A stretch of 54,161 nucleotides of DNA, taken from assembly GCA_046705365.1 (NCBI GenBank), contig JBJKQM010000016.1, forward strand, positions 1 through 54,161, given 5' to 3'. Source of the stretch: Thermoplasmataceae archaeon. GTDB lineage: Archaea; Thermoplasmatota; Thermoplasmata; Thermoplasmatales; Thermoplasmataceae. Numbering within the stretch: the stretch's first letter is position 1; each line of letters starts with the position of its first letter. The translations under genes and the position numbers were made by a program. Positions 17,213-25,123 of this stretch are shown in pieces. The notes under the pieces were generated by a model that was given only the letters and a program-made list of their open reading frames with translations, was not told where the DNA came from and did no database searches.

Positions 17213-17890
17213 TTATTTTATATTTATGGTACTTGGACCATTTTTGGTCCCAAGTATAATTATATTGCACAATCCTGTAAATATACCTACTTCTGCCACG
17301 CCAGGGATTTTCTTCAATTTTGATTCCAGTTCAGGAGGATTTCCAATTATGCCGAAATCACAGTCCAGGATGTAGTTTCCATTATCTGTTACGAAGTTTC
17401 CTTCTTTACGAAGGGTACACTTGCCCCCGAGTTTCTCAACATTCTGCAATGTATTCTGGTGCATAAACGGGAAAATTTCAACAGGAACTCCAAACTTCCC
17501 AAGACCCTCCGGTTTGTATTTTGTATCATCAGCAATTATGCATATCTTGTTGGAGTTGGCAGCTACAACTTTCTCCCTGAGAAGTGCGCCTCCTCCCCCT
17601 TTAATCAAGTTTCCTGCCTTGTCGATCTCGTCAGCACCATCTATATCCAGATCTATTAGCCCGGAGTAATCCTCGACTACATGTATCCCAAGCTCTCTGG
17701 CTCTACGTGCAGTATCTTTAGATGTGGGAACTCCGGTTATTTTGTAGCCATTTTTGATCAAATCAGAAAGGCCATCGAGAAGGTATTTAACAGTGGATCC
17801 AGTTCCGAGGCCAAGGACCATATCGTCCCTTACCAACTTCAATGCCTCAAATGCAGCAGTTCTTTTGAGTTGTTCCTGTTCATTGGACAT
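17213..17890 (-). CDS. rpiA: Ribose-5-phosphate isomerase A
   Basis: 225-aa ORF with GLGTGSTVKYL, DIDGADEID and KGGGGALLREKVVA. Confidence 0.9.
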   Translation of the reverse strand: MSNEQEQLKRTAAFEALKLVRDDMVLGLGTGSTVKYLLDGLSDLIKNGYKITGVPTSKDTARRARELGIHVVEDYSGLIDLDIDGADEIDKAGNLIKGGGGALLREKVVAANSNKICIIADDTKYKPEGLGKFGVPVEIFPFMHQNTLQNVEKLGGKCTLRKEGNFVTDNGNYILDCDFGIIGNPPELESKLKKIPGVAEVGIFTGLCNIIILGTKNGPSTINIK

Positions 17891-18001
17891 TAGACAATAG
17901 ATCGTATAGAACTAAATATTACTGTTGTTGACCCTATTGCTAAACTGGCAATGACCGGCATTTCCATGAAAGTGTTAATACACTATCAGTACTATGGTAG
18001 T

Positions 18002-18496
18002 ATGCAGAAGAAATCATGGAAGGAGTCGTATACTGAGTTGCAGAGATTAGTCCTTCCCCCAGATACCAATGTTTTCAATGATCTATATGGCGGAAGACTT
18101 GTAGAATGGATAGATAACGTGGCTGGAATTGTTGCTGCGAAGCATTCGAGAAAAAGAAATGTTACGGGCAGCATTGACAGCCTGTTTTTCCTCTCACCCA
18201 TAAATCTAGGAGACATTGTACATATGACTGGAAGAGTAAATTATGTTCACAAATCCACTATGGAAATTGAGGTGGACGTATTCTCTGAAGAAGGCCTCAC
18301 TGGAGAAAAGAGCTTCACGACCACATGTTTTCTCACATATGTAGCCATAACCCAGGATGGACGCCCTACTGAAGTCCCTGAGTTAATTTTGGAAACGGAA
18401 GATGACAAGCAACGCTTTGCCCAAGGAGAAATAAGAAGGGAACAGAGGCTCAAGAATCTGAAAGATGTAAAGAGCAGAATTCCCAAAGACATGTAA
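18002..18496 (+). CDS. Acyl-CoA thioesterase (hotdog fold)
   Basis: I prefer ATG 18002 (MQKKSWKESY...). LVLPPDTNVFNDLYGGRLVEWIDNVAGIVAAKHS is typical of YciA/BFIT-type thioesterases. Confidence 0.75.
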   Translation: MQKKSWKESYTELQRLVLPPDTNVFNDLYGGRLVEWIDNVAGIVAAKHSRKRNVTGSIDSLFFLSPINLGDIVHMTGRVNYVHKSTMEIEVDVFSEEGLTGEKSFTTTCFLTYVAITQDGRPTEVPELILETEDDKQRFAQGEIRREQRLKNLKDVKSRIPKDM

Positions 18497-18504
18497 TTTA
18501 TATA
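18497..18504 (+). promoter_or_regulatory. TATA-like box upstream of the four-gene membrane/ATPase operon
   Basis: TTTATATA is centred about 26 nt upstream of ATG 18526. This predicts a leaderless or near-leaderless transcript. Confidence 0.4.
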
Positions 18505-18525
18505 ACAATTACATTCTTTCCATTA

Positions 18526-18813
18526 ATGGACTTTAGTGCAATTAGTGAACTTATTTTACAAAATTCACAATTGACCGTTTCTGGTCAAATTCAAGGGATG
18601 ATGACCAGAATCTACGAGGTTGTAGCCTCAGTATCTGCTATTCTGATCGCCATTCTCTGGATCCCCATCGCGATAGGCTTTTTCAGTACTGATGAAAATA
18701 AAAGATACGAAGCCAGATTGAGGCTCAAAAATGCCATGATTGGAACTTTTGTATATGTAGTAGCCGTCAGCGGTTTTCTGTATACTTTAGTAAATTATCT
18801 TGTTACAGGATAG
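18526..18813 (+). CDS. Small two-helix hairpin membrane protein (VirB2/TrbC/CedA1-like pilin candidate)
   Basis: 95-aa ORF with two hydrophobic helices (VVASVSAILIAILWIPIAIGFF and AMIGTFVYVVAVSGFLYTLVNYLV). They are joined by a short charged loop, STDENKRYEARLRLKN. The functional call is by topology only. Confidence 0.5.
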   Translation: MDFSAISELILQNSQLTVSGQIQGMMTRIYEVVASVSAILIAILWIPIAIGFFSTDENKRYEARLRLKNAMIGTFVYVVAVSGFLYTLVNYLVTG

Positions 18814-18825
18814 GGTGCCGGTCCC

Positions 18826-19866
18826 TTGCAAGTACTCCCCATGATTCTCGGTCTGCTGAATGGGCTTGATACAATTTATAAGGCACTTATTGGAATCCTT
18901 TGGGATTCAACAATTTCTTTCGGGTTGAATCCGCATTATGCATTTCTTGTGCCATTTACTAACTATGGTAAATTCAAGATTCTTGGTTCCCTCATAACAG
19001 GAGAAGTCTTCTTTCAGTTCGCTTCTCTGGTTGTTCTTGTATCAAGCGTGATAACCCTTGCATTCAACAGCTTCAATGAACCTAAACCATACGGCAAGTA
19101 CATGGTTAGAATAACAACCGCTGTTATTCTTGGAGCAATTTCTTTTTTCCTGATGACATGGGTCCTCGCTGCTTTGGGTTCCGTTTATTCCACAATTTAC
19201 AATACCTCCGGAATTCAATGGTCTAACTTCCTTCTATTTTCCTCAAATGCGTTTGGGGGATCGAGCCAACCAGTAGTTGAAAACAATTACACTGCAATCA
19301 TTGAAATATTTGTTTTGACAGGATATTTTACGGCTGCTTTGTCCCTTTTTGCCGAACTGATGTTACGTCAGGCTCTAATGTTGCTTGCTCTTTTGCTGCT
19401 CCCATTTGGAACAGTTCTATACTCTCTGGAGCACGCAAGGAAGTTTACCGTGATCCTCTGGGAGATACTGATCGAGATGTCAGCTTATCCTTACATAGTG
19501 CTCGGGTGCCTGTATCTCGGGCATATATTCGCCTGGGATATGCCACTCCAGCTTGCTTTCCTGTTTCTGCCTTCCCTGATTCCAGGAATTATGTTCGCTA
19601 CCGGGAATAGTTTTCTGTCGGCACCGGTAATGGGCTTCATTGGAGGCCTTTCACTTTCCCGAACAGTTGGGAAAGGAGTTGAGGCGGGAAGCATTGCAGC
19701 AGGAGCAGTTGAAGGTGCTGGAGCTGCATCAACTTTCCAGCGCGGAGTCAGCTTCCCGGTTACAGAGAGGAATCCGCTTGCTAAGAACATGGTATACCAG
19801 AAAAAATCAAATGACCTGCCATGGAAGGAACTGCTTGATGAAGAACTGAAATACAGGAAAGAGTGA
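18826..19866 (+). CDS. Polytopic membrane protein (VirB6/TrbL/CedA-like candidate)
   Basis: 346-aa ORF starting at TTG 18826 or ATG 18841. It has about 6-7 TM helices and a hydrophilic Gly/Ala-rich C-terminal tail. Its stop overlaps the next gene's start (GTGA). Confidence 0.5.
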   Translation: MQVLPMILGLLNGLDTIYKALIGILWDSTISFGLNPHYAFLVPFTNYGKFKILGSLITGEVFFQFASLVVLVSSVITLAFNSFNEPKPYGKYMVRITTAVILGAISFFLMTWVLAALGSVYSTIYNTSGIQWSNFLLFSSNAFGGSSQPVVENNYTAIIEIFVLTGYFTAALSLFAELMLRQALMLLALLLLPFGTVLYSLEHARKFTVILWEILIEMSAYPYIVLGCLYLGHIFAWDMPLQLAFLFLPSLIPGIMFATGNSFLSAPVMGFIGGLSLSRTVGKGVEAGSIAAGAVEGAGAASTFQRGVSFPVTERNPLAKNMVYQKKSNDLPWKELLDEELKYRKE

Positions 19867-20525
19867 TTAAATTGCAGTACCCAAAACTGCCAAGAAATAG
19901 CTATTCCTATAAAGCATCCATATTTGGGATACCCATCCGGGATGCCTTAATATTTAGCATCATAGCCTCTATTTCAATTCTTTCAGTTAGAATTAACATT
20001 TACACCCCCATATTGGGAACTGCATCGATCGTGATTATTCTCCTTTTCAGAAGGAGACTTTTTTCAGGATTGAAAATCACCAAGAAAATTAGACTGAAAG
20101 GAAGAAAAATCAACATTTTCTTCCCGGTCAAAGTTCAGAGTCACAATGAACACCTGTTCACGCTGTTCGGAAAGAGCATTTCCATTTTTTTAGAAGTCGA
20201 AGGGATAAATATCATGGCAATTAGGGTCAATGACCAAAAAACGATTTTAGAGGGGTTGCGACACGCATTAGAGGTTTCTGAAATGAACATAGACTTTTTT
20301 TCCTGTTATCAGAGACACAGTGGGTCCAGAAATGGCATCTATTCTTTCAAGACATATGTCAGAATTTTTTCCGGAATCACCGTCTCAGATCTTGAATTGT
20401 CCATGGGTGAACTTGAAAAGAGGGTATCAAATTTTGAATCTAGTCTTGGAATTAACGGATTTCACGCAAGAGAGCTGAGGAAAAAGGAAGAAATAGAGGA
20501 TCTATTGAAAATCCTTATTCCATAG
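19863..20525 (+). CDS. 2-TM protein with soluble domain (VirB3-like plus VirB4 N-terminal-like candidate)
   Basis: 220-aa ORF with a GTG start. SIFGIPIRDALIFSIIASISIL and ILGTASIVIILLF form two TM helices. They are followed by a soluble alpha/beta region (HLFTLFGKSISIFLEVEGINIMAI...). Confidence 0.45.
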   Translation: MIKLQYPKLPRNSYSYKASIFGIPIRDALIFSIIASISILSVRINIYTPILGTASIVIILLFRRRLFSGLKITKKIRLKGRKINIFFPVKVQSHNEHLFTLFGKSISIFLEVEGINIMAIRVNDQKTILEGLRHALEVSEMNIDFFSCYQRHSGSRNGIYSFKTYVRIFSGITVSDLELSMGELEKRVSNFESSLGINGFHARELRKKEEIEDLLKILIP

Positions 20526-20537
20526 GGGCGTTATCTA

Positions 20538-21938
20538 ATGTTTAAGAAAAGAAAAGGAAGAGTTAGGGGCGATTCTAAAACCAGTTATATTGGCCACAGA
20601 AACTTCACAGAGTCCAACGTATTTTTTTCAGACATCGCTGTTTCCGAGATGGATTATGAGCTTGGGCCGTATTATCTCACTTCACTGGAAAGCTCCGGAA
20701 TACCTTTTGATCTTCGCGTCAGCCTAAGAGATGTGAATGATGCAAACAAATCAAGATTCCTGAAAAGAATGCTTTCAGAAAGGAAAACGGAGGTGAGAGT
20801 TACAGGCATAAGCATATCCGGAAACGAGACTTTGAAAAGGCAAATCTCTGACCTGGAAAATATTCTTTACCAGTACGAAAAAGAAGACGTAAAACCTGTT
20901 AACATTTCTTTAATTTTCCGAATATTTGCAGAGCACCCCGCCATATTGAATGAAAGAGTGGAAAGGGTGGCAAATGACCTTAGAATGTTTGGAATCCAGA
21001 TTGAAAAAATTAGGAGCTCCAAACGTTCCGTAGCTGATTTCTTTTCTACTGCAGTTAATAACAGGTACAACTACCTGATGAATACAAGGCACGCTGCTAC
21101 AATTGTTCCTATTTTCAGAGAACCCTCGGATAACGTGAATGGGGCAATAATAGGCGTAGATGACTTAACAGAAAGGTTTGTGAGGTATGACCCTTTTTCA
21201 CAAAACTCCCACAATATCCTTGTAATAGGAGAAACTGGCTCGGGAAAATCTTACTTCGGTAAACTGTTGCTTACAAGAAATATCAAGATAGGCACCGCTG
21301 AAAGGGCGATAATCTTTGATCCTTTGAATGAATACTTCTGCAGTTTCTTTGGTTCAGACTGCCATGAAACCGATATTCAAGGTTTTCTTGAAGAAGCAAA
21401 TTTGAAAAATTGGATTGATCATGACCCAGAAAGAACCCCAAATTGGGCCGGAGTTGTAATAATCAAACCCCGACCTGGGGACCTTGATGAGCCTGACCTG
21501 ATTTACCGGCTTCTTGAGCATATGAATTCAATGATGATGGACCAGTCGGGTCAGAGGACTCTCATCCTTATAGACGAATGCCACGTTATACTAAGAAATT
21601 CAAAAAACGGGAAAATTCTCAGCCAAATGGTTAGGCATTCTAGACACTTTAATACGGGAATTTTGAACATTTCTCAGAATACAGATGACTTCCTTAATGA
21701 AAGGACAAATTCCATTGCATTTAACAGTAACAGAATTTTCATTTTCAGAACCAGAAATTTCAAGGAACCCCACAGGAAAATATTAAAATTGGATGATTTT
21801 GACATTGAAACGCCGGAAAGGCTAATGGGGGGGAAAATGCATCCCTACTCTGAATGTATAGTCACAGACGGAGAATTCTGCAGAAAATTAAGAATTATCT
21901 CATCTCTATCAGAGGATGAGGTGCTTCAGCGTTTCTGA
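20538..21938 (+). CDS. VirB4/TrbE/CedB-like FtsK-HerA-superfamily ATPase
   Basis: 466-aa ORF with these motifs:
- Walker A: ILVIGETGSGKSYFGK (nt 21228-21251)
- AIIFDPLNEYF immediately after it
- Walker B: TLILIDECHVIL (nt 21561-21584)
- Sensor-like: GILNISQNTDDF. Confidence 0.7.
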   Translation: MFKKRKGRVRGDSKTSYIGHRNFTESNVFFSDIAVSEMDYELGPYYLTSLESSGIPFDLRVSLRDVNDANKSRFLKRMLSERKTEVRVTGISISGNETLKRQISDLENILYQYEKEDVKPVNISLIFRIFAEHPAILNERVERVANDLRMFGIQIEKIRSSKRSVADFFSTAVNNRYNYLMNTRHAATIVPIFREPSDNVNGAIIGVDDLTERFVRYDPFSQNSHNILVIGETGSGKSYFGKLLLTRNIKIGTAERAIIFDPLNEYFCSFFGSDCHETDIQGFLEEANLKNWIDHDPERTPNWAGVVIIKPRPGDLDEPDLIYRLLEHMNSMMMDQSGQRTLILIDECHVILRNSKNGKILSQMVRHSRHFNTGILNISQNTDDFLNERTNSIAFNSNRIFIFRTRNFKEPHRKILKLDDFDIETPERLMGGKMHPYSECIVTDGEFCRKLRIISSLSEDEVLQRF

Positions 21939-22228
21939 GTAGCTTTGTCTTCCTGTTTTACCTGCTCTTGTACAAGCCATAGTTCCAAAAGACCAAAGAC
22001 TACGAGGACAATAGTAAAGGAGTAAAGACCAATATCAGTCCAGGTCCCATATAAGACAGACCAAATAACATAGAAAGCCACGCCTATTGTGAGAAGCCCA
22101 AGTCCCATGAATCTTCCCCAGAAGTGTCTCCTCCAAAGGGGCAAATTTGAATCTGCTGCATCTAGTATTGCCATGATACGGTTGTTGCTAATTATCCGGA
22201 TGTATATCAGCATATCGTTATATTGCAC
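21926..22228 (-). CDS. Small 2-TM membrane protein, unknown function
   Basis: 100-aa ORF with the helices LGLLTIGVAFYVIWSVLY and LYSFTIVLVVFGLLELWLV. It is convergent with the ATPase and overlaps its 3' end by 13 nt. The start is uncertain. Confidence 0.4.
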   Translation of the reverse strand: MQYNDMLIYIRIISNNRIMAILDAADSNLPLWRRHFWGRFMGLGLLTIGVAFYVIWSVLYGTWTDIGLYSFTIVLVVFGLLELWLVQEQVKQEDKATQKR

Positions 22229-22346
22229 AATGAAAGCATGCCTCTATTGCATCGGCACACGTAACTGTCTTGCATCAATAAGAAGGGATAAATATTATTC
22301 CATTTAACTTATAAAGCCTTTTTATAGCCATTAGGAATGTGGGTTG

Positions 22347-23303
22347 ATGCCCCAGTCCCAAGAAAATGCCATTAATGTTTCCAATCTGGTGAAGACTTAC
22401 GATGGTAGAAAAATGGCAGTGGATGACATTACATTCTCCGTTAGAAAAGGTGAAATATACGGTCTCCTCGGAAAAAATGGAGCCGGAAAAACCACGACAA
22501 TAAAGATTCTTACAACACTTATCCCGCCTACTTCGGGGAAAGTGGAGGTTCTGGGGCATGATCCAGTCAAGACACCGGTCTACATCAAAAAACATGTTGG
22601 TGTAGTTCAGCAGGAAGAGTCATTCGACTTTGCCACAGTTGAAACTAACATGAAGATTTATGCAACTCTGTGGCAAATCCCGCGGGAAGAGGCAAAGGCA
22701 CGTACTGAGGAACTTCTGGAACTGTTTGAGCTGTCTGAAGTCAGGAAGACTAGGGCATTCGAGTTATCCGGGGGCCAGAAGAAAAAATTGCAGGTTGCAA
22801 GAGAACTGCTTCATGATATGGATATATTGTTCCTTGATGAACCAACAGTTGGCATGGACCCAATTATGAGAAGAAGAATCCTGGATAACATCAGAAAAAG
22901 GGCCCAGAATGGGATGACGGTCCTTTTTACAACACACTTTCTCGAAGAAGCAGACTACATATGCGACAGAATTGCAATAATGTCTAAAGGAAAAATAAGG
23001 GTTGAAGGAACTTCGTCTGAACTTAAAAACACTTATGGAGGTCTGAGAACTTTGGAGATAACCTCTGCCACAGTTCCTGAAGAGAATCTGGTGAACAGGC
23101 TGAAAGAGGAACTGACTGCATCCAATCTTGCCCAGGATGTCTATATTGAGGGAAAAACACTCAAGATTCTAGGGAAAGGAATAACGCGAGTACTAGAGGA
23201 TATATTGAAACTCGCCAGATCAAGCGTGGGAACAATAGAGAGCATAAACCTCCGGGATGCAACACTTGACGATGTCTTCATAGAAGTGGTGAATAGCTCA
23301 TGA
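22347..23303 (+). CDS. ABC transporter ATP-binding protein (ABC-2/DrrA-like)
   Basis: It has Walker A GKNGAGKTT, the signature LSGGQKKKL and Walker B ILFLDEPT. I chose ATG 22347. Confidence 0.85.
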   Translation: MPQSQENAINVSNLVKTYDGRKMAVDDITFSVRKGEIYGLLGKNGAGKTTTIKILTTLIPPTSGKVEVLGHDPVKTPVYIKKHVGVVQQEESFDFATVETNMKIYATLWQIPREEAKARTEELLELFELSEVRKTRAFELSGGQKKKLQVARELLHDMDILFLDEPTVGMDPIMRRRILDNIRKRAQNGMTVLFTTHFLEEADYICDRIAIMSKGKIRVEGTSSELKNTYGGLRTLEITSATVPEENLVNRLKEELTASNLAQDVYIEGKTLKILGKGITRVLEDILKLARSSVGTIESINLRDATLDDVFIEVVNSS

Positions 23304-24073
23304 AAGTACCGGCATCTATCAGACTGACATACCGCAATATCCTGGTAAACATGGACATGGGAACCATGGTCTTCATGCTTGGGCTGCCTGCAATGTATCT
23401 GCTGGTCCTTGGAACAATGTTCCAGTCCCTGATCCCCGGTGTTCCGGTAAACAACCAGAGCATTAGTTATACTCATTTCCTTGGCCCAGGGATTGTAGCC
23501 ATGCAAACGCTCACTGCCGGAAATATTGGAGGCAGTATGCTCTGGAGCGACAGGCGATGGGGTATGTTCGAGCAGCTCCTGGTAGGGCCGTTCAAACGAA
23601 CTGACTACCTGATGGGGATAATGTTTGTGGCAATAATTTTCACACTTGGAGGCAGTTTTATTATGTTTATTCTTTCTGAGGCTGTTTCAGGCGGCTTTAT
23701 CCTGACCCCGGTCTCATTACTGCTCACAATAACTTCACTGGTGCTCGGGACTGTGCTATTTTCTGCAGTTTTTCTTATTATTTCATCCATCGCAAAAACC
23801 ATGCAGACCTACAATACAGTCTCGATTGTGATGTTTTTTGTGCTTGATTTCGCCAGCTCAGCTTTCTATCCCATAAGCTCATCCTCAGAAAGTGTGGTAA
23901 GGTATCTTTCGCTTGCAAATCCACTTACATATGTGACAGATATTGTAAGGACTGCATTGATTGGAGCACCGGATACAGGCACACTTGTAAACCTGGGAGT
24001 AGTTACTCTTATTACTGCAATACTTTTTGCCATTGCAAGACAGATGTACAAGAGAATAAAGATGGGGATATAA
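23300..24073 (+). CDS. ABC-2 type transporter permease
   Basis: 257-aa ORF with 6 TM helices. It overlaps the ATPase gene by 4 nt. Confidence 0.75.
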   Translation: MKVPASIRLTYRNILVNMDMGTMVFMLGLPAMYLLVLGTMFQSLIPGVPVNNQSISYTHFLGPGIVAMQTLTAGNIGGSMLWSDRRWGMFEQLLVGPFKRTDYLMGIMFVAIIFTLGGSFIMFILSEAVSGGFILTPVSLLLTITSLVLGTVLFSAVFLIISSIAKTMQTYNTVSIVMFFVLDFASSAFYPISSSSESVVRYLSLANPLTYVTDIVRTALIGAPDTGTLVNLGVVTLITAILFAIARQMYKRIKMGI

Positions 24074-24208
24074 TCAAAAAATACCTCTCTTTTTAGGTAC
24101 ATTACGCACCATGTTTTCCAGATCGTACAGACGGTGCCGGAGGAAATTCCATATGTGATACTATATCGTGAAAATGTTTATCACTGTCGGTGCAATAAAG
24201 GAAAGCCG

Positions 24209-24571
24209 ATGCAAGACCCCGCCAACAAATATTTCAATTGTTCAGACAGGGAGAGAGCTATATTTGAAGCCGGAATAAAGCTGGGTACTGTTTATCACCA
24301 GTATGTGGGTGCCCCCCTTAATTTGAGTAATGTTGATTCGATGGAAAAAGCCATGAGTGACAGCGCCAAAGTGCAACCGTTTGTAGAGGATGCCGTGGTC
24401 AGAATAGACAAGGATATGATTTCAAAGAAACAGGGAGTTTACAAGTATATTACACTTGGCGGAGAAATGCTTGACGTATCCATACGAATAAAATACGGTT
24501 CAGAAAAGATCACTGCAAGACTGAGATATGTCCCCGATATGGACTACCCGCTGATGTATATTGAGGAGTGA
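24209..24571 (+). CDS. mptD: Archaeal dihydroneopterin aldolase MptD-like protein
   Basis: The track ORF starts at GTG 24134. I prefer ATG 24209 (MQDPANKYF...). SDRERAIFEAGIKLGTVYHQYVG is the remembered MptD family motif. Confidence 0.6.
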   Translation: MQDPANKYFNCSDRERAIFEAGIKLGTVYHQYVGAPLNLSNVDSMEKAMSDSAKVQPFVEDAVVRIDKDMISKKQGVYKYITLGGEMLDVSIRIKYGSEKITARLRYVPDMDYPLMYIEE

Positions 24572-24580
24572 GATAAAAAT

Positions 24581-25123
24581 ATGGCAGTAAAAATAGGGAT
24601 AACAGGACCCGTGGGGTCAATCAAGGCTGAAGCACTTAGAAAAATCATAGAAATGCTTGAAAAAGACGGCACTGTTGTACAGGGCGTACTGGTGTCGGAA
24701 GTTACTGACCATGGCAAACTGTCCGGTTATTCCCTTTTCGACATCAGCACAAAGAAAAAGATTGTTTTTGCCCAGAGCAGCATTGCTTCCAGGGTAAAGA
24801 TCGACAAATTGGGAGTTGATACCCGACTGCTCGAGGAAATATTAATACCAAGCCTCCAGAAAGCAAGGGAAAGCGCTGATGTGATCGTGATAGATGAAGT
24901 CGGCAAACTGGAGAACACTACAAAGAATATCCAGTCCGAAATAGAGACCACTCTGAAGTCGGAGAAACCTCTCATAGTGACACTCCATAAAAAATCAAGA
25001 AATCCTGTTTTGCAGGAGATTAGAGCCCTTGAAGGGATCCGGGTTTTTGATATTACCCCAATTAACAGAAGCATTCTGCCATTCAGGGTCCTTATGGTTT
25101 TGAGGGGAGAAGAAGGGACATAA
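24581..25123 (+). CDS. THEP1/MJ1559-type NTPase homolog with degenerate P-loop
   Basis: 180-aa ORF. ITGPVGSIKAEAL sits where the family has ITGxPGxGKTTL. The Walker B motif VIVIDEVGKLE is intact. Confidence 0.6.
   Translation: MAVKIGITGPVGSIKAEALRKIIEMLEKDGTVVQGVLVSEVTDHGKLSGYSLFDISTKKKIVFAQSSIASRVKIDKLGVDTRLLEEILIPSLQKARESADVIVIDEVGKLENTTKNIQSEIETTLKSEKPLIVTLHKKSRNPVLQEIRALEGIRVFDITPINRSILPFRVLMVLRGEEGT

Noticed and set aside
20523-20525. In-frame TAG between the two T4SS-like ORFs read as pyrrolysine
   Set aside because: Pyl decoding within Thermoplasmata is associated with methylotrophic methanogens (Methanomassiliicoccales). This window encodes O2-dependent dioxygenases, and it has no pyl or methyltransferase genes. 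TAG is also used as an ordinary stop elsewhere in the window.
18526-22228. The T4SS-like block interpreted as an integrated conjugative plasmid or provirus
   Set aside because: The window has no integrase, relaxase, coupling protein, replication or capsid genes, and I saw no flanking direct repeats. A few 60-nt lines hand-counted in the ATPase gene (20581-21780) gave 33-42% GC, against 45% for one counted rpiA line. This difference is small and was not measured properly, so I keep a chromosomal module as the working hypothesis and do not claim a mobile element.
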